A DNA stretch of 63,173 bases, filler included, from Octopus bimaculoides (GCF_001194135.2; 4 parts of 3 records of this genome joined end to end with filler, not necessarily neighbours in it); one strand, 5' to 3'. Counted from the whole stretch's first letter, positions 1 through 13,043 are shown. Notes: generated from the sequence alone by a model not told the origin. Made by a program: numbers and translations.

Positions 1-85
1 CCTACATCTGCTAAAAATTTGCTGGATTGAAAAAGAATATATCTTTCTGCTACGCATAGGTATCTGGTGTGGAGCTGTTCTTCAA

Positions 86-88
<3 letters not shown>

Positions 89-144
<56 letters not shown>
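89..144. repeat. (CA)n microsatellite
   Basis: Perfect CA array. Confidence 0.95.
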
Positions 145-147
<3 letters not shown>

Positions 148-420
148 AGTGTGGTGCATCAGTTTTTTTTTAAGTCATTTGTATGAATTTAGAAAAAGAC
201 GGATTGATCATCAAAGAAAATCTGTTTCAAAACAAATTAGTACAATTAGAATCCTTTTATCACAACTATTCGATGACTCCATCGTTAGCACCAATGGTTA
301 CTTCAATATGTAGTCGGAAGCGCTGACATGCCCGAATGAGATGACCGTTATTAATTTTGGATATCGTGCTGGTTATGAACTTGAGACGTTGTATGGTATT
401 ATGAGGGTGTTGATTGACTC
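145..420 (-). mobile_element. 3' end of a Tc1/mariner element (maT/DD37D-like), degenerate
   Basis: Minus strand reads ...KINNGHLIRACQRFRLHIEVTIGANDGVIE*, resembling the C-terminus CRRFRSLLEAMVEANGDFIE* of the DD37D copy at 36645-37470. Confidence 0.55.
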
Positions 421-423
421 CTC

Positions 424-575
424 TCTCGACTGGTGAAGGATTTAATCGAACAAATTGACCTCCCGCACTTACTTTTTACGTCTCAATTTCTTTTGCCAAA
501 CTGCTAAGTATAGGGACGTAAACAAACCTACACTGATTGTCAAGCGCTGGTAGGGACAAAAGCAAACGCAGACAC
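424..575 (-). mobile_element. SINE family A, 3' module (degenerate)
   Basis: ttttgccaaactgctaagtatagggacgtaaacaaacc...tgtcaagcgctgg matches the 3' module of the fuller copies at 20512-20893 and 33486-33918. Confidence 0.7.
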
Positions 576-1054
576 GTGCTCATGTATATACATACATACA
601 TATACATATATACACAGGCAGACAGACATATACAAAGGTGTGTTTGTCATATTTGTGTATGGGACATAAACGGTTCAATGCCAATACGCACGACCTGATC
701 AATGAATGTCAGTCTGTTGCAAGAATTCCGGTCAGGTTTCTATTTACAAGAGAAATTTCTTCCCAGTTATTGAGGCTCTGAAAAAAAGTCATAGTGCTAC
801 ATTTCCTCTTTAGTCCATACATAAAATATAGAAAAATACCACATACGTGTATTTGTTCAACATTTTACCAATTCTGGCATTTCTCGCCAACATACACGCA
901 CAAGTGCGCGCACGCACACACACATGTACACAGATACATACATATACACATACAAACATACATACATAATACATAATACATACATACATACATACATACA
1001 TGCACACATACATACATGTATACATACATTCATACATATATACATACATATGTG

Positions 1055-1548
1055 TCATCGCGGTACGACAAGATCTACCGATAAGACAGGATGTTGAAGT
1101 CATAACTGTATTAGGAAATCCGTCAGAAGGATAACTCCGAGGCCAAATTATATAAGAACCCACAGTGTGGTAGAGGTCATAGCCACTCATAACAAGGAGT
1201 ACCGGTACTAGTGAAATGTCCCAGTGAAAACCTCAGTAAAATGTAAACATAATAGACCTGATATAGTGATTTGGAACAGAGAAGAGAATGTTAAAATAAA
1301 ACTAAAGATCAGCGAAAACAAAATACCTACGCCGAAATATTGAGAAATCTGCAGTTACTCAGATTATAAGTTCAGGTTTTTATCTGTAATTATTGGGATA
1401 CTGGGATATGTAACAGACTGCCTAAGTACCAATCTTGAAAAATTAAGTTTCTCAAAACCAGAAAGGAGAAAGCTGATTCGAAGACTACAGATCCAAGCCA
1501 TCACTGGAACTGTAAAAGTTTGCAAAATTTCCCAAAGTGTATCATTTA
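1055..1548 (+). mobile_element. 3' fragment of an RLE non-LTR retrotransposon (second family)
   Basis: Frameshifted translation gives LPIRQDV (RHD-like), HNRPDIVIWNREE (PD of the PD-(D/E)xK nuclease) and VIIGILGYV...LIRRLQIQAITGTVKVCK. Confidence 0.7.
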
Positions 1549-3149
1549 AGTATATATGCGCATGTCTAAACATACATGTAGCTGCATGAGGATACATACA
1601 CAAAAAAAATAAACCATACAAATCTGCACATACAGTGATTTCAAATACTGCACATATACACACAAGCAAAAATACCGTTAATGTTAAAATTTCAATGAAG
1701 GAGCTTTGGATCTTGATAANNNNNNNNNNNNNNNNNNNNNNNNNNNNNNNNNNNNNNNNNNNNNNNNNNNNNNNNNNNNNNNNNNNNNNNNNNNNNNNNN
1801 NNNNNNNNNNNNNNNNNNNNNNNNNNNNNNNNNNNNNNNNNNNNNNNNNNNNNNNNNNNNNNNNNNNNNNNNNNNNNNNNNNNNNNNNNNNNNNNNNNNN
1901 NNNNNNNNNNNNNNNNNNNNNNNNNNNNNNNNNNNNNNNNNNNNNNNNNNNNNNNNNNNNNNNNNNNNNNNNNNNNNNNNNNNNNNNNNNNNNNNNNNNN
2001 NNNNNNNNNNNNNNNNNNNNNNNNNNNNNNNNNNNNNNNNNNNNNNNNNNNNNNNNNNNNNNNNNNNNNNNNNNNNNNNNNNNNNNNNNNNNNNNNNNNN
2101 NNNNNNNNNNNNNNNNNNNNNNNNNNNNNNNNNNNNNNNNNNNNNNNNNNNNNNNNNNNNNNNNNNNNNNNNNNNNNNNNNNNNNNNNNNNNNNNNNNNN
2201 NNNNNNNNNNNNNNNNNNNNNNNNNNNNNNNNNNNNNNNNNNNNNNNNNNNNNNNNNNNNNNNNNNNNNNNNNNNNNNNNNNNNNNNNNNNNNNNNNNNN
2301 NNNNNNNNNNNNNNNNNNNNNNNNNNNNNNNNNNNNNNNNNNNNNNNNNNNNNNNNNNNNNNNNNNNNNNNNNNNNNNNNNNNNNNNNNNNNNNNNNNNN
2401 NNNNNNNNNNNNNNNNNNNNNNNNNNNNNNNNNNNNNNNNNNNNNNNNNNNNNNNNNNNNNNNNNNNNNNNNNNNNNNNNNNNNNNNNNNNNNNNNNNNN
2501 NNNNNNNNNNNNNNNNNNNNNNNNNNNNNNNNNNNNNNNNNNNNNNNNNNNNNNNNNNNNNNNAAATATATATATGCTTTTACTGCGATGGTTTAAAAAA
2601 CAACACTATGAACTAATAATAGTTCTTAAATCTGATTGAAAGAAACAGGTTGTACGTTGGTGTAAATGGCTAGCACACTTGTCGCAAAAACAAAGAGGTG
2701 TAGGTTCTGGTCCCACGCATGCAGGAAAACTTGCTTTTTTCCGTCGAGGGCTTATATGCCCCATTATTAGGCTATTTTCTTTAATCATTGCGCGGTGATT
2801 GCTTATAAGCCTTAAAGCTTATAAAATACTATTTTTATTATTTACAGAATATGTGTGTGTGTGTGTGTGTGTGTACACATGTGTGTGTCTATGCATGTAT
2901 AAACATACATACACATTCTTTAATTTACAAACAGTGGGGGAGTATTAAGTACATATTGTCGGGTACATTCAGTTATTCGATGCCAAAAGTGTGTACTTTG
3001 CCGAATATATATTTGTGGAAAGAGGGTGTATGCGTGTGCACTTGCATATATACCATACACACGCATATCAACACACAGCAAGAAAGCACTATTGTGCTCC
3101 CCACCAAGTTCATTTCTCCCCACCCCATAAATATGAACAATACGTAACC

Positions 3150-3720
3150 AGAAACTTCAAGTTCGTTACGAATGTTATTAAGCTCTACCCTCTCTGTAGG
3201 TCTTTACTATTTAATGCATGTTCCCAACACAATGAAAAGTCAATATCTCATAAATATTTTTCTCTAACTTCAGATCCAGAAAAAGTCTTCTTCTTCCAAC
3301 AACTATCTAATCTCTAAAGCTCAGGCGAGACCCACAACAGAGTACTGCTCGTATATCTTGGAGTGTCCAACTAACACACGCACAGACATCCTAGATCTCA
3401 TCCAAAGAAAAGCCACTCGACAGAAAGTCATTTGCGAACCTAAGTCATTTGTGACCTCTGATCTTAGGAGTAGGCTGATCATATACTCTCTCCACGCTGA
3501 CGTGATTCATTCGTCGCTTCTTCTTTCGTTATGGATACTATGTCTTCCCTTTTCACCACGTCCCTTTTTAACTACTAACCCTAATCCATTTTTTCAAGAA
3601 CGTCTTTTCTCTGGAACTTCCTCCTTGAACGTGTTTTTTTTTTCTGTTGCTATCGATTCCAACTACTCAAAAACATTAATCACATGGCACACAGCAGTGT
3701 CAGATGCTCTGCGATGGCCA
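3150..3720 (+). mobile_element. CR1/Jockey-group LINE ORF2 C-terminal fragment
   Basis: SKAQARPTTEYCSYIL...DILDLIQRKATR matches the post-RT motif LYKAQVRPxMEYCSHIW...LDxIQxKAxR. Confidence 0.55.
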
Positions 3721-4624
3721 TGAGCAAAACTGTCTCTTCTAGACAAAACTAATCTTATAATAATTTTGCTTGTCATTGCGTTACTTAGCCCGTTGATAAT
3801 GCTTTCAAGTGATAAGAGAAAAAGAGGGAGAAAGAAAAGAGGGAGAGAGAAAAAAAGAGAGCGAAAAAGAGGGAGAGAGAAGCGTCCATGAAATAAGGTG
3901 GATGGACTGTAACTGTAACGCTTTCACGTAATTAGTTGAAGGGAAAGAGAGAAGAAAGAAAAGGAGAAAGATAATGAGGATAAGGCGAAGAGTGAGACAG
4001 ACAGAGGGAGGAAGAAAGAGAGAGAGAGAGAGAAAAGCGTCCATGACGTAAGGTAGGGAGAACGTAATAATTTTAGCAGTGGTGGTGGCGATCGGATAGT
4101 GAAAAGCGTATTTATTTTTAACTGAACTAAGTTTTTTTTACATCACCTATCACTTAACGCATGCGCATAAGTGCAATTCCGTGAAATATTGACGCTTATT
4201 TATGTGGCAGATATATGCAATTTCAAATTTCACTAAAGGTTGTATTATGTGTACGGGATATTTTTTGTTGTTGTTTTGGGGGAAAATGGCAAAATAAGAG
4301 TGAATCTTTATTTTATGAGTGCTGTGTATTAAGTCTATAAAATTGTGCATAAAGTATATAAAGTGTATATATAAAGTGCATTAAGTAATCATCGGATTCC
4401 AGTTCCTTTTACTTTTCAGACAGACACAACAGAGGTTACGCTTTCAGGTTTTTTGGATAAAGTTTTCGAAATAACCCAATAGGTTTACTATTAATTCTGT
4501 GAAATATTCACGTGTCCCGCTAGTATTAGATAATTGCAAAGAAATATATAACATTAAGAATAGGGTGTATTACAAAGAAAGCGATGATTTCTAACACAGG
4601 TACAATTAAATTAACTCTGCAACA

Positions 4625-4915
4625 GGCATGCGTGGTTAACAAGCTTGCTTTGTGACTATGAGGTTTTCCGGTTCAGCCTCATTGTGTGTTAACTTGGGTG
4701 TCTTTTACTTTAGTCTTGAGCCGACCAGCGCCTTCTGAATGAATTTTTTCGACAGAAACTGTGTGGAAGCCCAGCGTATGGGTGTGTGTGCATAAGTGTG
4801 AGTGTCTGAGTTTGCTCTTGTCTCCACCCCCACTTGATAATAGGTATTGATTTGTTTACAACCCGTAACTTAGTGGTTTGACAAACAGATCGCGAAATAT
4901 GAACCAGAAGGAAAA
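4625..4915 (+). mobile_element. SINE family A, degenerate, both modules
   Basis: tRNA-like head gcgtggttaacaagcttgc, then gccgaccagcgccttctgaatgaa...gaaactg, a GT tract and the cgtaacttagtggtttgacaaa 3' module. Confidence 0.65.
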
Positions 4916-5835
4916 AGTATTCCACCAACATAAAATTTGACTAGTTTTGAAGAAAAAAATTATGTAGATGCATTTTAACTCCATCCAAACCGTAAAATGT
5001 TTCTCCTTGCAATGAGTTCTGTCGAGACAAAAACATGTGGTAGTCGGATGGCGCAATATCAGGAGAATATGGTGGTGGGGTAAGAGATCACAGCCAAGTT
5101 CATATAACTTTGTTCAGGTGGCCAAAGACACATGTGGTCGAGTATTGTCTTGCTGGGACACTACCCCTTTCCTGATGGCAATCTCCGGCCTTAATTCTTT
5201 GATTTTTTTTTCTTCAAATTAGCTAGCTGACGACAGTATACACCAGAATAGATTGTCAGATTTTGTGGGAGAAGCTCATAATAAATAATGCCTTTATGAT
5301 CCCACCAATCACAAACCATAGCTTTTTGGCACGGATATTCGTCTTTGGTTACTGTTCTGGGTGATCCTTACGCAAACTCCAGGATCTTTTCGCACTACGT
5401 TTTCATGCACAATCCATTTTTCAGTCACAAGTTGTTTCAAAAAAGGCAAGCTTTCATTCTGTTCCAAAAGCGTATCACTAACGGAATACGGTCCAAGCAA
5501 TTCTTTTCTGAGAGTTTGTGAGGGACCCATACGTTATAGAGAAAAGTGTATCCTAGCTTCACTAAGTGTTCATGAGTTGTACTTTTAAAAACTTTCAACT
5601 CCTCTGCAAGTTCTCTAGTCGTGATATTTGAGTTTTCTTCGATTTTTGCCTTCAAAACATCTTCATTCAATTTTGAAGGTCTTCCACTGCGACTGTCATC
5701 TTCCAAGCTAAACTCCCCAGCTTTAAATTTTACAAACCACCTTCGAACAGATCATTCACCTACAGCATCATCACCATAAACTTCACAAATGTTTTTATAA
5801 GTCTCTGCAGCATTTTCTTCTTTTTTAACAAAGAT
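4905..5835 (-). mobile_element. mariner (DD34D) transposase pseudogene
   Basis: YKNICEVYGDDAV, VRRWFVKF, EDDSRSGRP, WVPHKL, WDHKGIIYYELL, QDNTRPH, YSPDIAPSDY. Spacing is D-34-D after correcting a 1-nt deletion. Stops and frameshifts are present. Confidence 0.9.
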
Positions 5836-5845
5836 GTATGTATAA

Positions 5846-6052
5846 GGCAGCGAGCTGGCAGAAACTTTAGCACGCCGGGCGAAATGCTTAGCGGTATTTC
5901 GTCCTTCTTTACGTTCTGAGTTCAAATTCTGCCTAGGTCGACTTTGCCTTTCATCCTTTAGGGGTCGATAAATTATCATTTGTGTACTGGGGTCGATCTA
6001 ATCAACTGGCCACCTCCCCCAAAATTTCGGGCCTTGTACCTAGAATAAAAAA
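5846..6052 (+). mobile_element. SINE family B (tRNA-derived)
   Basis: ggcagcgagctggcagaaac...gttctgagttcaaattctgcc (A/B-box-like head), ggtcgactttgcctttcatcctttaggggtcgataaa, ggggtcgatctaatc and a ccccaaaatt...ggccttgt tail. Confidence 0.9.
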
Positions 6053-6335
6053 TAATATATATGTATGTATTCGCACACGTACATACATATACGACCTTTC
6101 TGTTTAACAAATTTCAAAGATGAGGCATTGATCGTTTTCGAGGCTTTGTTACAAAACTATTGTGAAGATGGCTTCTTGGCCACATAGCCATGTCTGCTTC
6201 ACTGGTTCTTTATTTTATCAATCCTGGTTAATTTGAACTTAGAATATAGAGGTATGCAATGAATATACACCCTAAGCCAAATTTTGCCGGCACTCAACCA
6301 ATTCTGCTAACCCACTGAGAAATATTAATCTGGAT

Positions 6336-6656
6336 TAGGGGTTCTCAATCCTTTTTTTATCTATGGACCCCTTTGAATACTATTTTATGTTTAAAAACTA
6401 GTTTTAAAGAAACTTCTTTCAAAATTTCTATTTTGTTTTTCACACATTAACTTGCATAGGTTGAACTAAGTAAAATATTTGAGAAAGAAATCTAGTTTTT
6501 TGCAATACATAGCAATACATACATCTAAAGCAAAAATTTTTCAGGGGCCCTTAAAATATTATCATGGATCCCCAATTTACTATATTGTTAACATGGACTC
6601 CTCAAAATCTTTTTGGGATCCTCAGGAGCTATATGGACCACAGTTGAGGACCACTG
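6336..6656. mobile_element. hAT (Charlie-like) MITE
   Basis: Imperfect TIRs taggggttctcaa / gttgaggaccactg with 8-bp TSD atctggat (6328-6335) / atctagat (6657-6664), a 7/8 match of NTCTAGAN type. Confidence 0.75.
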
Positions 6657-7637
6657 ATCTAGATGCTAAAACTGTATAACTTGGTCTCACATAGAGTTCT
6701 TAAAATTTTCCTCAATATCTTAAAAATATATTTGCAAATCTCATATCATTTCTATCCTTGACTAGGCAATGCAATACAATCGTTGTTGGTGTTATTGCTG
6801 TTGTTGCTGATGCTACTGCTGCTGTTCTTGTTGGCAGCTAATGCTATTGTTTCTACAACTGCTTCTACCAATCTTATTGTTGTTATTGATGATAGTAGCG
6901 GTGGAGATGACGTGTGAGTGTCGTAGACGACGTATGAGTGTTCAGTACGAAGACAAGAAATAAGTCCAACCAAACAGACAATCAACAACGCAATCACATT
7001 ACTATTACTACTATTCACCAATAGTAGTACTAGTAATGGTTGTACTACTGCTGTTTAGTCCTAAGTCGACCCTGATACTGCAAGCCTAGAAATATATTTT
7101 CCAAAAGTTTGAAGACAGATGTAGCTTGAGATAAAGAGATTTAGTTTACATATCTAGCAGTTTGGGCGATTACGTAAAGGATTCTCTACGATACTTCTCT
7201 TAGTAGTGATGTTATCGTACAAAAACATTACTTGTCATTTAGTGTCCTGCTGAATGATCTTATCCCCACCCCCATGGATATGCGATGCTAACTTCAGGAA
7301 CCACAAAGCTGTAGAGAGAACATCCACTTAGAGAAAGGAAGATGAATATATCAAAACCATATGTTCTTGCACATGCGCTCTAGCAAAACGAGGTTTAATC
7401 TTATAAACATTGAATTAAATGCTGAAACAGGGAAACGAAGTAGACTGTATTCAGTAACTGCTTTAAATAAGTCCAGACATAACATTTTATGGGGAAGAAA
7501 AGAAAAATATATTAGCTCAGTAATGTTTTGTTATTCATACATAAGCAAAATTTCTTATATATTAGCTATTGTGTTTCTACAAGATGTATCATTATACCTA
7601 CTGTACAAATATATTAAAATCCACACACACACGCACG

Positions 7638-7682
<45 letters not shown>

Positions 7683-8528
7683 NNNNNNNNNNNNNNNNNN
7701 NNNNNNNNNNNNNNNNNNNNNNNNNNNNNNNNNNNNNNNNNNNNNNNNNNNNNNNNNNNNNNNNNNNNNNNNNNNNNNNNNNNNNNNNNNNNNNNNNNNN
7801 NNNNNNNNNNNNNNNNNNNNNNNNNNNNNNNNNNNNNNNNNNNNNNNNNNNNNNNNNNNNNNNNNNNNNNNNNNNNNNNNNNNNNNNNNNNNNNNNNNNN
7901 NNNNNNNNNNNNNNNNNNNNNNNNNNNNNNNNNNNNNNNNNNNNNNNNNNNNNNNNNNNNNNNNNNNNNNNNNNNNNNNNNNNNNNNNNNNNNNNNNNNN
8001 NNNNNNNNNNNNNNNNNNNNNNNNNNNNNNNNNNNNNNNNNNNNNNNNNNNNNNNNNNNNNNNNNNNNNNNNNNNNNNNNNNNNNNNNNNNNNNNNNNNN
8101 NNNNNNNNNNNNNNNNNNNNNNNNNNNNNNNNNNNNNNNNNNNNNNNNNNNNNNNNNNNNNNNNNNNNNNNNNNNNNNNNNNNNNNNNNNNNNNNNNNNN
8201 NNNNNNNNNNNNNNNNNNNNNNNNNNNNNNNNNNNNNNNNNNNNNNNNNNNNNNNNNNNNNNNNNNNNNNNNNNNNNNNNNNNNNNNNNATATATATATA
8301 TATATATATATAGGTTATGAGCGATAGTGGTGTCAATTAGACCCAGAGGTTTCAGGTAATGCTGAGTAAGTGCTATGGATAGACCACAGTTAAGCTCCAG
8401 GTTCAGTGGTTATGCGAATAAGGTGTCCAATGTAGGTCATATATCAGCGTCTGAATATAAGGACTTACTTTTAGTAATGAGATAAAAGACCAAGGCTGTG
8501 TATAACATAGAACATTCATAAATAGAAT

Positions 8529-8576
8529 GTCTTACAGCTGTTTCCAGGATATTTGTTATATCCCTTCATCGGAGAC
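8529..8576 (-). ncRNA. Minimal type I hammerhead ribozyme motif
   Basis: Minus strand gtct-CCGATGA-ag-ggatat(aacaa)atatcc-tg-GAAAC-agct-GTA-agac: stem I gtct/agac, stem II ggatat/atatcc, palindromic helix III acagctgt, U4C core variant. Confidence 0.6.
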
Positions 8577-9128
8577 GGTGTGAGAGGATGATTAAGCAAT
8601 AGTTAGTTTTGTTAAGATAGGAAATAGAGAGTAAATGTAGGGATACTGTATTTGTAAATCCAATGTTTAGGCAGAATGGTATACATATAAGATTCCAATA
8701 CCTTGTGAGTAAAATCTAATTGTTTTTAAGATTGGTCGTTGCCTTTGAAAATGTTGTGTCGACGCCCCCAAGCGAAGAAGTAGGATCACCCAAGACATAT
8801 AAATAGAGGTAGTCTAGCCGTGGTAGACGAGTTCAGTAGCTGTTGAGTAGCAGTCGTGTAGAGATCATCCGAAGGTGCTAGATAGCAGTAGCTTGAGACA
8901 TAATAGTAAATCCATTATTAAGGATCACAGGGTATTGGAATCTTCATAATGGATTTACAAAGGGAACGACCAATCTTAAAAACAATTTGATTTTACTCAC
9001 AATGTATTGGAATCTTATATGTATACCATTCTGCCTAAACATTGGATTTACAAATGCAATATCCCTACATTGACTCTCTATTTCCTATCTTCACCAAACT
9101 AACTATTGCTTAATCATCCTCTCACACC

Positions 9129-9176
9129 GTCTCCGATGAAGGGAAATAATAAATATCCTGGAATCAGCTGTAAGAC
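9129..9176 (+). ncRNA. Degenerate second copy of the hammerhead motif
   Basis: gtct-CCGATGA-agggaaataataaatatcctg-GAAT-cagctGTA-agac. The GAAA core is mutated to GAAT and stem II is weakened. Confidence 0.45.
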
Positions 9177-9245
9177 ATTCTATTTATAAATGTTCTATAT
9201 TATACACAGCCTTGATCTTTTATCTCATTACGAAAAGTAAATCCT

Positions 9246-9302
<57 letters not shown>

Positions 9303-9303
9303 T

Positions 9304-9447
9304 AGGCTTCTTTCAGTTTCGCCTACTAAAATCCACTATAGCTCGAGGCTATAGAAGACACTTGCCCAAGGTTCCACGCAATGGGACTGAACCTGGAACC
9401 GTGTGGTTGGAAAGCAAGTTTCTTACCACACAGCCACGCCTGCGCCT
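9304..9447 (-). mobile_element. SINE family A, 5' module
   Basis: Reverse of aggcgcaggcgtggctgtgtggtaagaaac...ggttcagtccc...ccttgggcaagtgtcttctatagcctcg...gaaactgaaagaagcc, abutting a (GT)n array. Confidence 0.9.
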
Positions 9448-9717
9448 CTGTATATGAATCGTTGCTGCATTCTTGTTTTTGATTTTGGTGGGGTTATTTT
9501 TAATAACCTGCAAAGAATTAAGGGAATGACGCTGTACTTGATAAAATCCATGTTGATTTTAAAATTCTTTAACTCCAAGTTAATTGCATAGTTTATTCCA
9601 CGTATTTTGTATGTTTGTTGGTTTTTTGTTTTTATTTTGCTGGAGTCACTTTTCATTGTTAGATAATTGGGAAAAGAAAAGGAAATCAAGTGTCTTAACA
9701 CATCAACTTCGTCTAAT

Positions 9718-9946
9718 TTAAAGCTGATTTCGACACCATTCGACGGATGGTCTTATGAAAGATGACGACCTAAATGAAGTGTGAATTACAATGATGCTAA
9801 ACAACAGTATCAAGTATAGCGGAATCATGTATGGTCAGATGACTGCTTTGCTTGGAATATGAGTGAATATTAGAGAAGGTTTCTGGCTATTACCTACCCT
9901 TTTCAACATTCTTCTCCGAATTATCATGAAAGAACTAAAAGGAATG
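9718..9946 (+). mobile_element. RTE-type LINE reverse transcriptase fragment
   Basis: KADFDTI and VNIREGFWLLPTLFNILLRIIMKE resemble KAFDxV and GVRQGCLLSPTLFNI. Confidence 0.6.
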
Positions 9947-10058
9947 AATAAAATTCTGGCACTCATTGAAGTCTTCTCCTTAGATGTTAGAAATGCTGAT
10001 GTCAAAGTCCTAAAATTGCTTTCTACAACAGACACAAGTCCTGAAATTTTGCGGAGGA

Positions 10059-10213
10059 AGCTAGTCGATTACATCGACCTCAGTGCTATCGACCCCGAAA
10101 GGGATGAAAGGCAAAATCGACCTTAGCGGGATTTGAACTTTGAACATAAAGATGAACGAAATGCCGCTAAGCATATTGCCGCACGTGCTAAGGATTTTGC
10201 TAGTTTGCTGCCT
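10059..10213 (-). mobile_element. SINE family B
   Basis: tcgaccccgaaagggatgaaaggcaaaatcgacc...atttgaact...gccgctaagcat is the reverse of the family B body. Confidence 0.85.
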
Positions 10214-10415
10214 TTCATTGTTCTAGCATTCACAATCATTGGCACTTCCAAATAAGCACAGTGCAAAAAATGCATTGCATCCGGTGTTATTACATCATTC
10301 CACGCCCACTAGGGAAAAGTGCAGAATGAAGCCGAAACGATTGTTGTGCTAATAAATGCTTCTAGTTACACTCTGTCTCCCGTATTAATCTTTTAAAAAT
10401 ATATGTGTAGGTATG

Positions 10416-10455
<40 letters not shown>

Positions 10456-10479
10456 ACTGATTACTGAAGCACGATTTTG

Positions 10480-11142
10480 AGTGGTGCAGTTGCTTGATTG
10501 TTCACTTAAAAATGAGCAGCGCTGATGTAGTTCTTTAGTCTTGCTATGGACTTACACGCCTTCGCACAGATGTGACAACCATGCGGACTCGCCTGTAGCA
10601 GGTATACAGAGAGCTTATCACCCACGTGGTCACATGCCTTCATTTCAATCATAGTGTGCAGCACGTAACAGAGAGGTTTAAAATTAAGCGATACCTGGGC
10701 TTGAAGCTTTTTAAAGTCAGAACAGATCTTGCAAAAAGCAACCCCGCTCTCGAAACCACGAATGCACTTGTCCACACCCAGAAAAGAAAAAAGAACAAGT
10801 CTACCTCATTGAATTCAAACGATATCGTTGGTGCTACATCGAATCTTTTCTGTCTCCTACAATGATACACAAACATAGAATGGATCTCTCTCGCTCTCAG
10901 CTGTTGGATGGCCATTGACTTTCTGAGTTCATCCACCCCTTCACAGGTCTTGTTTCGTGGAGCAAATTGTCCAACGAAATCCAGTCTCCTTCACAAGCAA
11001 GCTTGGTAGAGTTGTCTGTTTACGCGCCGACGGCCCGACTATGCGACCTGCTGAACTGAATTACATGTTCCCAATAACACTAAGAGTGGTGGAACACGTG
11101 AAAGGGTGGGTCATACATAAATACATACATACATACATATAT

Positions 11143-11197
<55 letters not shown>

Positions 11198-11220
11198 NNN
11201 NNNNNNNNNNNNNNNNNNNN

Positions 11221-11286
<66 letters not shown>

Positions 11287-11600
11287 TGTGTGTGTGTGAT
11301 AATGCATATACATCGCGAAAGACAAAATTATAGCGCTACTGGACCTGGGATAACATCCCTTATAAACGCACAAAAATATATCAGCAGTAGATGGAATTCG
11401 TCTGCGGCAGTGACGAGAATGATATTTGTACATTACTGCCCCGTTGGGCCTTGTCTGTACCCACTGCCAGTTACATGCTATAACAAAATCCGTTGCCACT
11501 GATACAGGAAAACAATCGTCGATTCTGTCTTGGCATGCTGTTGGCAGTGAGTACAGACTACTGACAAAGGTCAAGGAGGCAGAAATGTACACCTAGTATT
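10480..11600 (-). mobile_element. RTE-type LINE 3' end, degenerate, split by a microsatellite
   Basis: VYISASLT..., RRIPSTADIF, MDELRK...RRQKRFD, and terminal Cys motif CHICAKACKSIARLKNY, resembling the RTE C-terminal CxxCx-H finger. Confidence 0.5.
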
Positions 11601-12194
11601 CTCGTTGGTGCTGCAGGTCGATTTTTAAACACAGTGCTTCCACAAGCAATATTATCCCCGGACGAATACTGCAGTTAATTACCCAGTTCAGCGTTAGCGT
11701 AGACTGGTTGTTCTCTGTCGTTTTCGCTATAAATATGCTATATTCATATATATTTGTGCAAGATAACATGCATTTATGTGCGTGTGAGCGTATGCATATG
11801 TGCGTTTTTACAAACAGACATATACACACACACACACATATATATCCATACATGTACATAAAAATATGTATGTGTACAAACATATATACATATGTGTGTG
11901 TGTGCGCACATGTGTTCATGCGCGTATGCTAATAGATATGTGTGTACGTTTGGTTGCGTGGGTGTATGCGTGCGCGTGTATGTGTGTGCGTATTCGTGCG
12001 TGTATTCCTGAACTCAGGAACAAGTTTCGATTCTAAACTGGAACCATTTATCTTCTTTCCTTTGGGAAAAGCAGGGTTAGGCCAAATTTTCTCATTTATT
12101 TTACATACCTAAACAAACACATGCCACTGAGGAAACTTCAGACCGTGACGGAACGTAAATGAATAACTCCTGGCGTTTTACTATCTATCGCCCA

Positions 12195-12427
12195 TTATTA
12201 CTTCTGTCTTAGCGAAGGCGGAGGTATTGTTTACAGTCGTGTTTGTTTGTTTGTTTGTCAGTGGACAAGATATCTCAAGAACCGCTCAAGATATCTCAAG
12301 ATATCTCAAGAATCGGATGAAACTTTCAGGAATGTTTTGCCTTGTGAGTGACACAGTCTCATTAGATTTTGGGATCGATCCGGTGCCGGACAAGGATTCT
12401 GGATTATTTTTCCGATTTTTTTTTTTT
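12195..12427 (+). mobile_element. Non-autonomous Helentron/DINE-like (HINE-type) element fragment
   Basis: ttattacttctgtc...gaaggcggaggtattgttt, (gttt)n core, caagatatctcaagaa...ggatgaaactttcagg...ttagattttggg.atcgatccgg is the architecture typical of such elements. Assigned from recalled pattern only. Confidence 0.45.
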
Positions 12428-13043
12428 TTACTTTACATGTATATATAAAGTTTCACATAGTTCTCTTGTACACGCACACACACATGCACACATGTACTCA
12501 CACGTTTTCAGCGTTAAACATTACCATCCCATTTCCATTGTACACACATACACACTCACACACACACAAACACGCACGCGCACATACACACACATACGCA
12601 AACATACCTCTCTTTTACACATACATATGCTCACACTTCAAACGCCGTTTATCGGCTTTTTCACTCCTTCCTTCGCTATTCATCTATCACCCCTTCCTTT
12701 CTCAATCATACAACGCTCTCTTTGCCACTTCGTTTCGTCTTTTTCATTGTCATTGCTTTCTCTCATTCCTTCTCCTTCACTGTATTAGTATTTTATCTCC
12801 TCTCCCTTCACCTCTCACTCATTATACATATATATGGATTATTTTTCCGTTTGAGAGCGGTCGGGTTTATTTTCTCGTTTGTGAGAGGAGTCCAGTCTAT
12901 TTCAGATATTCTCAGTTTTAAAAATCATCTCCGACTAATCGTTGACAGGATGTTGGTGTTACCTTGGCAGAGGTTTGCGCTCTCTGAGCGCTCTTGATGT
13001 TGTTGTTGTTGTTGCTGTTGCTGTTGTTGTTGTTGTTATTGTT

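Larger units (their letters stand above)
8313..9249. mobile_element. Penelope-like pseudo-LTR remnant with long inverted arms
   Basis: Arms of about 297 bp at 8456-8752 and 8953-9249 are reverse complements. Each carries a hammerhead-like motif, and the spacer contains TATAAATAG. Confidence 0.65.

Noticed and set aside
2655-2735. tRNA-like stretch gttggtgtaaatggctagcacac...ggttctggtccc
   Set aside because: No proper cloverleaf or intact B box. At best a decayed SINE head.
10215-10310. Minus-strand acceptor ttccctag followed by open frame WAWNDVITPDAMHFLHCAYLEVP
   Set aside because: It is open only in phase 0, incompatible with the phase-1 exon at 22027. There is no good donor and no recognised homology.
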